Source: Cyanophora paradoxa CCMP329 (lineage: Eukaryota; Plantae; Glaucophyta). From it: DNA of 64,000 nt. Every line of letters starts with the position of its first letter. The stretch's first letter is position 1. Below the pieces are notes generated by a model that ran no database searches, was not told where the DNA came from, and saw only the letters and a list, made by a program, of their open reading frames with translations. Shown here one piece after another: positions 10,893-22,276 of this stretch. The stretch covers positions 124,001 through 188,000 of the forward strand of contig QPMI01000638.1 of the NCBI GenBank assembly GCA_004431415.1, written 5' to 3'. Position numbers and translations under genes: made by a program.

Positions 10893-13800
10893 CTACTCGA
10901 GGAGGAAGACGCCGGGCTCGACGCCGGCCGACACGCTCTCCTCGATCACCCGCAGCATCTCCCCCAGCGACCTGCGCGGGCCCCCCGTCGGCCCCCGCCC
11001 GGGGCGCGCCTCGCGGGGGCCGGCGAACCGGGCGCGGATGATCATGCTGTCGGCGCCCGACGTCTCCCAGGCCCGCCGCTGGCCCTCCACGGGCTCGTTG
11101 GCGCGCCCCGGCCCCTGCGCCGCCATCAGCCGGGCGCGCGGGGCGGGGCGGGGCGGGGCGGGCAGGGCGGGGTGGGCGGGCCGAGTAGGAGGAGGGCCCG
11201 GCGGACTTGATGGCACGGCGGATAGCCAGCTGCGCACGCTCGGGGCTCGTGAACCAGACCTGCCGGCGGGGCCCCGGTGAGGTGGGCGGAGGGCGGGGCG
11301 GGGGCCGGGGGCCGGGCCTGGCGCTGGGTCTCGGGCTGGACGAGGGCGTTGTCGCCGGTGCCGGCGCGGACGACCTGGAAGACGGGGAAGGACTCGAAGC
11401 TGCAGAAGGCCAGGTACTCCGCCTCCGAGAGCTCCCCCGCCAGCGCCCCGGGGCCCGCCGCCAGCGCCCGCGCCGCCCCGCCGCCGCCTCCGTCGGGTGC
11501 AGCTTCACCTTCACCTGCCCCTGCCTCGGCGCCGGCCCCGCGGGGGCGGGGCCGGGCGCGGCGGGCGGGACCTGGCGGCGGCGCGTGTAGAAGTCGTAGG
11601 CGGCGTCGAGGGGCACCGAGCAGACGTGCCAGTCCGCCACCCGCAGGCCCTGCGCCCCGTCAGCTGCCGCCCCGCCCCCGCGCGGCGCGGGGCGGCGCCG
11701 GCGGGCCCGCTCGTTGAAGAAGGCGTCGACGTCGCGGCGGGCGAGGAAGAAGCGCGACGTCGGCTCCGGCGGCGGCGCCCGCCCCGCGTCGCCGGCAGCG
11801 ACTCGGCCGCCCAGCTGCCGCCCACGTCACGTCGGCCGGCCCCGCGGCGCGCCCGGCGGGGCAGGCACCCGAACTCGGGGCCTCGTACACGGTGCGGTCC
11901 TTGGCGCTCTCCACGTAGTACACCGTGATCCCTGCCGCAGCGTCAGGCGCCGCTGCCGCGCCGCGGGGCGGGGCGCGGGGCGCACCGGAGAGGACGGGCC
12001 CTGCGGCCGCCTGCACGAGCTCTCGCCTCCGCTCCCGCAGGCGCTTGTTGACGCGCTCCTCCGCCGCCCGCCGCTGCCGCCCGTCACGCCGGCACCGGCG
12101 GCGGCGCGGCGGGCGCGGCGGGGCGGCACCTGCTCGAGCCAGGTGCCGAAGACGCGGGGCCCGTCGGCGCCGACGTTGGCGATCTCGGCGCGGGGCAGGC
12201 GGTAGGCCCGCATGAAGCCGGAGAACTGCTGCAGGAGGGCGCCCTTCACCGGCGGCAGCCCAAAGTACGACCTGCCCCGCCGCGTGAGCGCCCCGGGCGC
12301 CAGCCAGCGGCGACGCGCGCACCGCGGGTCGACGGGCAGGGGCCCGCAGGCGGCCGGCGGCGTCTCCGACGAGGCTTCACCCTCCGCGGGGGTGGGGGAG
12401 GAGGGGGCGGGGCGGGAGGAGCCCCAGAGCCGGCGGATGCCCTCGAGGTGGGCGGCGCCGACGACGGCGACCTGCGGGGGTAAGGGGGCGCGGGGCGCGG
12501 GGGGCGGGCGGGGGCGGACGACGGTGGAGTGGCGGCGGAGGTCGGGGCAGTCGCGGAGGGCCCAGGCCATGACCTCGTCCCGCTCCGCGATCACCACCCG
12601 CGCCACCACCTTCCAGCGGTACTCCTCGATGCGGCCGTAGCAGTACGCGAGGTTCGCCACAACGTTCTCCATCGAGGGCGCCGAGATCACCGACTGCGCC
12701 GCGCCCCCCGCTCGCCCGAGCGGCGCGGCGCGGCAGGCCGGGGGGCGGGCGCGCCTTGGCGGCGGTGAGGGTGTAGAAGAGGAGGAAGGTCGGCACGGAG
12801 CCGCTCCGCAGGAGCCCCGCCACGAGGAAGCCCGAGAGCGTGAGCGCCTGCCGCCCCGCTCGGCCCCCGGCGCCCCGCCCGCGCGCCTCGCAGCGCACCA
12901 GGAACTTGCGCGCGGTGTGCTCCAGCCGGCGCAGGCGGTCGGCTTCGCGGCCCTCCTCCCCCGCCAGCTCCTTCCGCAGCTGCGTGATCTGCCCCCGGCC
13001 TTCAGCGCCGGCCCGGCGTCGGGCGGCGGCCGGGACGCGCCTCGTAGGGCCGGTCGATGAGGACGACCTGCGCCCCGACGCGCGCGGCGGCCTCTCCGAC
13101 CTGCTGCAGCGTGAGCGGCGCCCTCCGCGCGGCCCTGGAGGACCCACCGCCAGCGCCTCGACGCCCTCCTGGAAGCCGTTCCGCTCGTGTTGGCGCCAGA
13201 ACTCGATTTGTTGGATCACCATTTGGTCCGCGCTCTGCGCCCCCGTCTGCCCGCGGCGGGCGCGCGTGCAGGCGCGGAAGCGCACGTCGATGAGGTACCA
13301 GCCGAGGGCGAGCCGCTCGCGTTGCTTCTTGCGCACGAGCTGCGCTGGGTCAGGGCGGAGAGGCGGGGGTTACGTCGGGCGGGCCTCCTTCGCGAGGGAG
13401 CGCCAGTTCTTCGCCGCGTCTGCCGACTCCTCTAGGGCCGCCCACCGAGTAGGGCATAGCTCTGTCGCCACTGCCTCCGGCCGCACCTCCATTATCAGCT
13501 GCGGCGGATCAGCGCGGCGCCTTCCGCCACCTCGGCTTAAGCGAGTCGCACCCGCCGGGCTTCCTCGGCCGACTCGTGGGATATGTGCATCGATCCGAGC
13601 AGGAACACGCGTCGATCGCCTTCCTGCACGTGTTCTGTCAGTACGCTGAGCGACGAGCGCAGATGCGTATGCACGTACTGTGAGAAGGAGCAGGCGGCCG
13701 GCGCGCACGGCCTGGTCAAGGGGTTCCGAAAGGCCCGTCGGCCATGTCACGTCGGTTTCTCGGATCTCAGCTGCAGGCAGCTCGGCGCTCACAGGCGTCG

Positions 13801-14347
13801 CTTCCTTTGGAGTGCTGGGCGCCGCAGGGGATTCCGGGGCCGGCTCTTGTTCGGGCAAGTCGGCTGCGCCGCTTATGCTGCCCCCGCTGCTGCTCTGGGA
13901 TATTGCTGTTGATGTCGACTGTGCGCGAGCAGGGCACACGTGCAGATCACGGTCAGGCCGGTGAAGCCGGCCAGTCAACGCGCGATCTGCGCAGGCGGAA
14001 CTCAGCCAGGGCGCGGCCGCGCGGGCGCCGCACTGCGCACCTGCCAAGGAACCGCCAAAGAACGACCGTATCCTTCTCCATGAAGAAGCAGCAGCGTGAG
14101 CCCCGGGAGCCCCGGGCACTCGACGACCGGCCGACTGCGGGCGCCGCGCAGCCCAGGGACGGCTCGAGGACACATGATCAATGGTCAACAGCGGGATGGC
14201 AAAGCTCAGTGCGTGCCCGGGAGCCGCTTCCAAGCTCCCGCGGGTGGGCGGTCGGGCCGGGGTCGTTGGACGATGCCCGCTAGGGCCGGCTGCACCGTCG
14301 TGCTCCGGCTGGTGAGCGGCGGCCACGATCCGGGCCCGGCGGGCCAT
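10893..14347 (-). CDS. TraB/PrgY/GumN (Tiki)-domain protein fused to C-terminal Tic22-like domain
   Basis: TraB motifs: RVFLLGSMHISHES, VRPEAVATELCPTRW, VVLIDRP, VVIAERDEVMAWAL, VAVVGAAHLEGIRRLW. Downstream exons in the same gene match Tic22 repeats: LSGITVYYV, FFLARRDVDAFF, VCSVPLDAAY, VKLHP, FPVFQ, VWFTSPERAQ, SLGEMLRVIEE...GVFL. Start codon uncertain. Confidence 0.8.
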
Positions 14348-14574
14348 CGTGCACGGGTACGTGGATATTAGGTCCAGGGGGCTATAGCTTGTTCGTACAC
14401 GCCGTGGGCACGCGCGCGCAGCTGCATGCGCAGGCCCAGGACTTTTGCAATATGAATTGAACAGCGCTAGCTATAGCCAGCCGGCGCCCCATGGCCATGC
14501 ATGGCGCACAGCGGCATGCGCATGGCCAGTACTATATATAGATATATATACGTGTACGTGCTATGAAATTAGCT

Positions 14575-14665
14575 ATAGGCCTAGCGCTAGCTACATGCAT
14601 AGCTGCCATATATATCGTGCATATCATAGTGAACATACAAAGCACAAAACTGCCATTTCACGGGG
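14575..14665. repeat. Dispersed repeat (inverted copy at ~48925-49030)
   Basis: GCATATCATAGTGAACATACAAAGCACAAAACTGCCATTT and the upstream CTAGCTACATGCATAGCT match the reverse complement of 48936-49020. Confidence 0.85.
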
Positions 14666-14851
14666 GAAACGTGAAGCATTACTACAAGCCCCCGAACAGT
14701 CTCCCCCACCCCGTCCGACCATACCCCGGGCCCGTTACTGGATATATTTGACGATATACCATGATATTTGTTTCACTTTCTTGATGGCAAGACTTTCTTA
14801 CAGACTTGGGACGCCACATGAGCCCGCAAGTGCGAGGAGTTCGCTAGAATT

Positions 14852-15410
14852 TCATACTCCTGCACTTGCTTCAATGTGTGCCGCGAGATTACCCTGTGCG
14901 CGCGTGGAACAGACCTTTACTCTGGAGGAGACTGCCTCCGAGTACGCCGTATCGTGAAGCGTTGCGGACTTCAGAGTAGCGTTGTCATCAAGAAGTCGCG
15001 ACACATCGTCGAGCAGGCCACAAACGCGCCGGCGGTCGGCTGTGGCGCGCACTCAGATGTTCACGCGCACGCGAACGGCGATGAAAAACGAACCGAGCGC
15101 GACGTATTCACTGGCCAACGCTCCCTGCCTGCGAGAGCACGTAATTTGCAGGAGCCGGCGCAGCACACTCACGGCGCCGGCGCACGCTTGCTGCAGCACC
15201 AAGTCGACCACACATTCCAGCTCGGCCAGCGCCCCTTCGATCTGCTGCATCGCTTCCATCGAGCCGCACTGCTTCTCTGCGCCGCAGCGATGTTGCTCTA
15301 TAGTTGTCTGGCTCTGGAACGTCTGGTCTGGGAGGACGATGGCTTAGCGAGCCACTGGCAGGGGGACCAGCCGCTTCAGGCTCGAGGCGTTTGTATGCGT
15401 TTCGAGGCGC
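14852..15410 (-). pseudogene. Degenerate coding fragment
   Basis: Two abutting same-frame ORFs (15053-15259, 14852-15052) split by one TGA, with another stop upstream. Protein-like composition; no family recognised. Confidence 0.3.
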
Positions 15411-15423
15411 TTTGAGGCGCCGC

Positions 15424-15547
15424 TTTCGTCCAACTTCGCCTAAGGGAGGGGTGCTCGAATTCGATCTTCGTCCAACTCTCGTCCAATTGATACTTTCGTC
15501 CAACTTTCGTCCAACTTCGCCGAAGGGAGGGGTGCTCGAATTCGATC
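15424..15547. repeat. Short direct repeats (2 x ~40 bp plus TTTCGTCCAACT units)
   Basis: CGTCCAACTTCGCC(T/G)AAGGGAGGGGTGCTCGAATTCGATC occurs twice. CTTTCGTCCAACTTTCGTCCAA recurs inverted at 33307-33328. Confidence 0.8.
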
Positions 15548-15574
15548 CAGCCCTGAAAGCCGTGCGAAAGCCGG

Positions 15575-16735
15575 ATGAGCTGCATAGACAGTGCGCACAC
15601 GGTGTACGCGCAGAGAATGCTGGTCGCGTCGGGGGACCCGCATGGGGCTCACACGCCCTCGGCTCTGGCCTCGCACGCCTTCCGCCTCGCAGCTAGCTGC
15701 AGCGCTGGGAAGCCTTCCCTGCTTGACGTGGCAGACGAGCTTCCAGGAACGAGCCCGGATCCAGCTCAGGCCCACGCGTCTCAGAGCTCTAGCAAGGACG
15801 GGCGCTCGCGTAGAAGAGACAAGGCCGGGAAGGAGAAGGAGAACTCAAAAATGTGTCTCAACTGCCAGTCGCGGACGTACGACAGGTGCGGGGCGTTGGA
15901 AGCGTTGTCCGCTGTCAAATCACAACTGTCATGATCTTGCAGTGCGCTTACGAAGGAGCGGCTCTGCTCGAGTTGCCTGAAGATTTTGCCCCGAAAATTT
16001 TGTACATATTGCGAGCTCGACTTTCACCAAATTCATAGTGAGGCGTCACCTGTGTGCGGCCCGTGCAAGGACCTTCTACAACAGCATGGCACTCCAAAGG
16101 AATGCCATACCTGTGGTGTGAAGGCTGCTTTCGATGCACCGAACTGCCGTTCGTGTTCCACATACCAGAAGCGGTGAGATTTGTCTGGTCTCTTCCTCAA
16201 TACGCGATTGACTTTTCTTGCTAAAGCTATGGAGCACCTGTGCCCTGTGAGTCGTGCCACAAGCTCTGTGCATTCCAGAAGGGCATCGAGTCAAGAAAGA
16301 AGGTTTGACCGGCTCCAGTGTTTTCATGTTTATCTCCGACTGTGTGTGCAGGTCGGGGGGAAGCAGGTGAGCAAGACAACCACTGAAGGTCCCAGTAGCA
16401 TCAGGCTGATCGCGGCTACCAGCTGTGCCTGCTCTGTACTCGAAAATGCAAACTCCTCCAGAAGGTATATCCGCTTTCGCCTTATGCAAAGATCGCTTGA
16501 TGAGTATTGGTAGGGCGACTCTGGATCAGGTACAGGGGAAGGAGAACAAAAGAAGCGCAAGGTAGACAGGGCTGTGAATTCCCTCGAGTACCTGTGGAAA
16601 GGAAGGGCCGAGGCTGCAGAAGAAGAATGCAGACAGCTGCGAGCTCAGCTAGACGCGCTCAAGGCGGAGCGAGACCAGCTGGAGGAGCGCCTCCATGCTG
16701 CCCTCGCGATCGCACGAGATACCTCAATCAGATAG
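15575..16735 (+). CDS. FAM76 family Cys-rich protein with C-terminal coiled coil
   Basis: Spliced translation MCLNCQSRTYDSALTKERLCSSCLKILPRKFCTYCELDFHQ...CGPCKDLLQQHGTPKECHTCGVKAAFDAPNCRSCSTYQKR/YGAPVPCESCHKLCAFQKGIESRKK/VGGKQ/LCLLCTRK matches FAM76A/B CxxC spacing and the YGxP/AF motifs. Ends AEAAEEECRQLRAQL...DTSIR*. Start at 15575 or 15617. Confidence 0.85.
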
Positions 16736-17023
16736 TGGACTTGCACACTTGTAGCCCGGACTTGCGTTTTTAGTATGTGTCCGAATGCTGAAACCCTTCT
16801 ATAATTAGAAAATGCAAGGAGAGGCGAGCGAGGCGGGGCGTTCCTAGCCTGGAACGTGTCCTTAGCCCGGACTTGCCTTATAAGTACGTGTCCAAATGCG
16901 CATGCTCACCTCTAACCCCTATTCCCATAGAGGGACGTTACTGCATTTGGACGACACATTAGATGTGCACAGATGTACTGAGGTGCACTAGACCTAGCGG
17001 CGCTTTTCTCCGCGGCTGGTTGT
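16578..17023. repeat. 446-bp direct duplication, copy 1
   Basis: Identical to 19708-20153 (offset 3130) except one mismatch seen (16877 C vs 20007 G). Confidence 0.95.
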
Positions 17024-19707
17024 GGCTCCTAGCGGAGCAGGAGTGGCCTTGGGTCTTGGGGCTTCAAGGCGTGAGGGTGGCAGCTCTTTGTTTTTAAACG
17101 GGGGCCGGCGCCCGCAACCGCATGCGGTTACGGGGGAGGGGGGAGGAGAAACAGGGGGTCCACTAGGCAAGGGTACACACTCAAGTGAGAGGGTACAGAA
17201 TTGTGCCGCAAGGGTACAGATATCGATGCGGGGCCCAATCGGCCGCAATTGTACCGAGTACAGGCCCCGAGGGGCGCATTGGTCGTCTCAGCTGAATGAA
17301 AACGACTTTCGGCGCTTTTTGCCAAATTGGAGGTGGTTAATAATTATCTATGAATCATTTGAATGTAATTCGCAGTAATAAGGCTCTGTCTAAATTGTTT
17401 ATTTTGATAATCTTTCAACTAACGCATCAAATACTTTTAAATCCCACATCGTGGCACACTGCGACCCTGTCTCATACAAATTTGCTGGCCGGCAACGTGG
17501 CGCTCCATTAATTTGGAAACTATTTCTTAGCGAAGAATTTGGGGTACCCCCCTGGGAGCACGCCGGGAGCGTAGAGTAGGGCGCGCGGGATAGCGGCGAC
17601 CGGTGGGCCCCCGCAGAGACTCCGCAGCGTGTCCGAAAACCTCCCCAAGCCGCCACGCCTCCCAGGGAGCAAGCGTATCGGTTCTCGCATTCCGCGCGCC
17701 AGCAGTCGCTGCCGGCCTTCAGCCCTAGTCGCAGGTAGCTCAGTGTGCGATCGAACAGCCGTCCAGCCGGCCCCGCTCGCCCGATCGGGAGCGCGGCCCG
17801 ATCGGGAGCGCGGCCCTCGCGTACGCGAACTGGGCAAGGGTCGCCAACCGCGGCCACCAGGACGCTATCCCCTCGCTCTTAACTGCTCTTCATAGGCACC
17901 GATGCTCTGCGCTCCGTCGATCACGGGCTCGGGCTCACGCTTTCCACTCGGCAGCTTCGTGCACGCGGGCGCGCGCAGGCGTACGCGAGGGCGATCATCG
18001 ACACCGGGCTTCGATACCGCCAGGGAGCCGCCTGCGCTGCCCCCGCGCGCTGCCCCACCGCCCCGTGGCACAGCCGCCCTGTCCGCACTAGCTATAGCAC
18101 TTCAGCCAGATCTAGCGACCGCGGCGCCGGCCGCCGCTTAGAGACTGGAGACGTCGCTTAGGCCCTCAGCGCGCAGCCGAGTACGCCCTCATAGCTGCAC
18201 GACTGCATCGATATCGTTACTTTTAAGCCATGAATACCGCTCGCCGTCCCATGTCTGCGCATGCGACGACGTGGCCTGCCCCGACGGCGCTCGGCCTGCC
18301 CTCGCGGGGCGCTGTGCAAATGCCGTCCCGGGCGGCCCGTCGAGCGGCCAGGAAGAGACATGGCGCCTTTTAGTTTTGCTGCACTGGCAGCGTGCCTGCG
18401 CCACCGTTTCTCGCTTTTCCGCCGGCGCCGGGCCGCCATGGCGCGCGCGCGCCTCACTCTCCGCGCCCCAGGCCTCAGGTTCTTGCTCCATTGATCCACC
18501 CCGCCCCCGCCCCGCCCCGCCCCCGGCCCCTGTCGCCCGGCCCTCCCTGCCAGGCGGCGACCCGGGCTCTGGTCCACCTCCTCTCGGCCCTGCGAATGCG
18601 GCGACCCCCCCCCCTCCCCGGCATGTCCGTGGCCACGGCCGCGGCCCCCGCCCTCCTGACCCTCCCGATCCCCGCGCCCGCGGTGTGCGGCAGCGCGACC
18701 CGTGGCCGCGCCGGCGGCGGCCACGGGGTGGGCCTCCCACCTTGACGACGGCGAACACTAGCAGAGACGGCCCCTGCGGCCGGGCGTCCTCATTTCCTTT
18801 TTGTATTCGGGCCTTCCCCTCCCTTCCTCCGTTCCGTTCCGTTCCTCAGCTAGCTATAGCGCCGCTAGCAGTACCTATTATGTAGAGCCCCATCGAAGTT
18901 TTAGATGAGCACGTCGACTACAAACTCATGTACATAGCCGTAGGGACCAGCCAGTGCTTATTTTCGGTCGATGTCCCACCTCGCCTCAACGACCACTAGT
19001 CTTTCCAGACGCCGCTCTAGCATTCCGGAGACGAGCACCTGGCGCCCGTTAGGGGGCGTCAGCTCTACGTATACTCGCCGCGTGGCGGACTAGGCTCGCG
19101 GGGCGGCCCCTGGCTGCCCTGACGCACCAGCCCTCTAGAGGGCGTCCCCATGCCCCGACGGGTCCGGTCCGGCACGCTCTTGTATATGCATACCTCGTAG
19201 ATCTCCGACATCGCCTCAGTTCATGATCATGATCATCCGTGCAATCGGTTTTCCACATCGGCTTCTAGCACTACCACTTGTACATATACCTCTTCATAGT
19301 GGCCCCGCGCCCCCGCTGTCCGGGGCGGGCGCCAGTAGAGTAGCACGCCTCGGTCACGTAGATAGAGGTGTGCTTGAATAACGCAAACGACCCCGGCGGG
19401 GTCCCCTCCTGGAAACTATTTCTTAGCGAATGGGGTGCGGTCTCTTGAAATTAATAATTTTCAAATTTCGACTTGGAAGGCCAATGTGATTTGCGCTTTC
19501 TATTTTTTTCCGGGAAAATGCTTTTCTGTGCTTTTCGACGTGCTGTTACTGCCCATTAGAGGCCTCTCATAGGAAAACGGGCCGCACCAACGTGCTCCCC
19601 AGGGTCAAAAATGGGGTAGTAGGTGTCTTCAAATATACGAATTTCGCTTTCTAAAATTTGTGACAAGATACCAACAGACCTAAGGGCCTCTCCTTTCCCC
19701 AAGGCCG
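17024..19707. mobile_element. Unclassified 2.7-kb insert between the duplicated segments
   Basis: Lies between the two 446-bp copies. AT-rich stretches near both ends, an internal 21-bp direct repeat (17514-17534, 19410-19430), and a right end shared with 33180-33298. No intact transposase or RT recognised. Confidence 0.55.
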
Positions 19708-20153
19708 ATTCCCTCGAGTACCTGTGGAAAGGAAGGGCCGAGGCTGCAGAAGAAGAATGCAGACAGCTGCGAGCTCAGCTAGACGCGCTCAAGGCGGAGC
19801 GAGACCAGCTGGAGGAGCGCCTCCATGCTGCCCTCGCGATCGCACGAGATACCTCAATCAGATAGTGGACTTGCACACTTGTAGCCCGGACTTGCGTTTT
19901 TAGTATGTGTCCGAATGCTGAAACCCTTCTATAATTAGAAAATGCAAGGAGAGGCGAGCGAGGCGGGGCGTTCCTAGCCTGGAACGTGTCCTTAGCCCGG
20001 ACTTGCGTTATAAGTACGTGTCCAAATGCGCATGCTCACCTCTAACCCCTATTCCCATAGAGGGACGTTACTGCATTTGGACGACACATTAGATGTGCAC
20101 AGATGTACTGAGGTGCACTAGACCTAGCGGCGCTTTTCTCCGCGGCTGGTTGT
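19708..20153. repeat. 446-bp direct duplication, copy 2
   Basis: See copy 1. Contains the duplicated FAM76-like 3' end and the true stop of the EF-hand gene. Confidence 0.95.
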
Positions 20154-22011
20154 CCTCATGCCACCGCCTGATGTCTATCATCTCTTGATAGCGCCTTTGG
20201 TGATTTCGCAAAAGCGAAACTCGCTTGGCGATTTTTTCCTTATTCTTGAGGGTCTCGGCTTCGTACGCTTGCAAAACTTCTGCTTCTCCTCGACGGGTTC
20301 TGCCACGTTCAGACATCTGCAGCAGGTCGCAGGTCTGAGGGCTCGCTGTGGCCAGCCCAAGCCAAACCCACTCGAATATGTAAGTCTCTTACCGGAGCTG
20401 GAGTGGACTGTGCAAGTGGGGATAAAGACCAAGGTGATGTATCGTCCACAAGAAGACGAGGCGTCTTTCCGAATCCTGTGGCCAGATCAGCAGCAATGAT
20501 GCAATCGAATTCAAACGAACTCGTAGAGACAGTGAAGCCCGAGTTCCACGTTTCGTCAAAAACAGTAGACTGGGATTGCTGGGACGACTGCCGCAAGGCG
20601 AGAAGCGCCTCTGCCTCAACCCTTCCAGCACGGTAATCAGGAGGCAGGTGATGCCGCAGTGCCGGAACGACCTGCCGTACTGTTCATTATATGATTTGTG
20701 CGGGAGCCGGACTGACATGCTCACTATTCGATTTGTGCAGGAGCCATCCGCCTGGCGGATGATGTTGATGAAGTCCTCATATTCTACAATGCCTCTGCCG
20801 GCACTCGCCTCTTCAACTAGTTTTTCAGCCTCCGAAGACGAGATCTGCGCCACGTCTTCCACTGCCTTTTGAAGTACTTGGGCATCGACGACACGCGTCT
20901 TTCGGAAGACGTTTCGAAACCAGGGATGTGCGAGGAGAACTGCTTCTCGGGCCTTTTCCCGCTGCGCATCATAGTTACAGGGAGGGACAGGCAGGAGTGA
21001 CAGGCAGTAGTACAGAAGAAACACCTGATGAGAGAGAGCTGCCTCCGAAGCTCGAGGATCGACTTTGGGACCTGCGGTCCATCTGCGACGTTCAGGGACG
21101 GAGTGGGTCTGGCCCTCAGGGGCCTAGGTCTGGAATCAAATCGAAGTCTCACTTGATTTCATAGTCTGCTTGGGAGAGGGCGCGTTCTGGAATCCTTCGC
21201 TTGGCCAAGTGGTCTCGGTCGAACGATTCGCGGTACGCTGCTAGTCTCAATGCGCTGTCATCCAACAGGAATCCACCGCTGCCCATCCATCCAAATGTTC
21301 GTTGAAAATGCTCGTAGTCAATCTGCAACATTTCAATGCTCAAGCTTGCAGACAGGATTTACGCATTTGCTCACCCCCTCTTTGGACTCGCACAACCTCT
21401 CTAATTCTCGAGTTGCTTCGTCGCTCAGTCGAAGGTACGCCTTGTTTCTTAACACCATTTTTATTTCATCGCCAGTTACTCTCCCATTCCGGTCCAAATC
21501 GAATTCGAGAAACAGCTGCTTTTCAGTGAGAGCGTTCAATCATTCTGGGGCTGATTTCGGGCACCTCGTGGGCGTGATTTCTTGTCTTCCTTTGCAGCAT
21601 GAGATCGCCTAGAAGTCGAATGACTCGCCGGGCCTCGGCCTGCCGGTCGATGTGCTCTCGTCCCTCTGACGCTGGGGACGCGGGGGTATCTGGGGGCGGC
21701 GGGGCATCTGAGGGCGCGTCTGCTGGTGCTGCAGGGTCTTCGAGCCGCGCGTGGCGCGATCTGGCGCGCTCGGCGGGCGGCGCGGTCGCGGGCGGCCGCG
21801 GCTGGCGGTCCGTCGCAGCGCCGCCGATCCTGTGCGCTTGAGGCCCGAGGTGCGCCCGCTCTGTCGCGGCGCGAGCTCGGTACATCTCGGCGGTAGTGTT
21901 CCGAGGAATAGCCAATCGAGGGATTGTCAGGGGCAACCCGGGCTGCTGCGTGCTGGCCCGCGCTTCGGAGCTGTAGCTACCCGCGGTCGCCGGCGGCCTC
22001 TGGCGGCGCAT
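20089..22011 (-). CDS. EF-hand domain-containing protein
   Basis: Canonical EF loop LFLEFDLDRNGRVTGDEIKMVL, partner IDYEHFQRTF and a later degenerate GIVEYEDFINII. Multi-exon with a Pro/Ala-rich N-terminus. Confidence 0.75.
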
Positions 22012-22276
22012 TCTCGCTATCCAAGCCGGTCGAAAATATGTAGCCAACCACGTCCGCTGCGGTACCAGTGTCCAGGCTATCCAGGCGCCAGAGCGTTCTA
22101 TTTACGGAGCGCGCTTTAGAGCCTCGCCATGCGATGTGCAAGGATGAAAGTGAACTGGTTCGCTGCGTACGCGCGATCCCGTGGCGTTAAGACAGGCGAG
22201 CAGCCTCGGAGCAGGTTGGGGGGGGGGTATGTTTTTGTTTTCGGCTAAGACAAGTGATGAACGCTAGCGGATAGAC

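Noticed and set aside
15053-15055. Selenocysteine or readthrough TGA joining two ORFs
   Set aside because: There are other stops nearby, no redox motif and no evident SECIS; decay is more likely.
19623-19865. Independent 80-aa coiled-coil gene
   Set aside because: It is the duplicated FAM76-like 3' end joined to insert sequence, with no ATG start.
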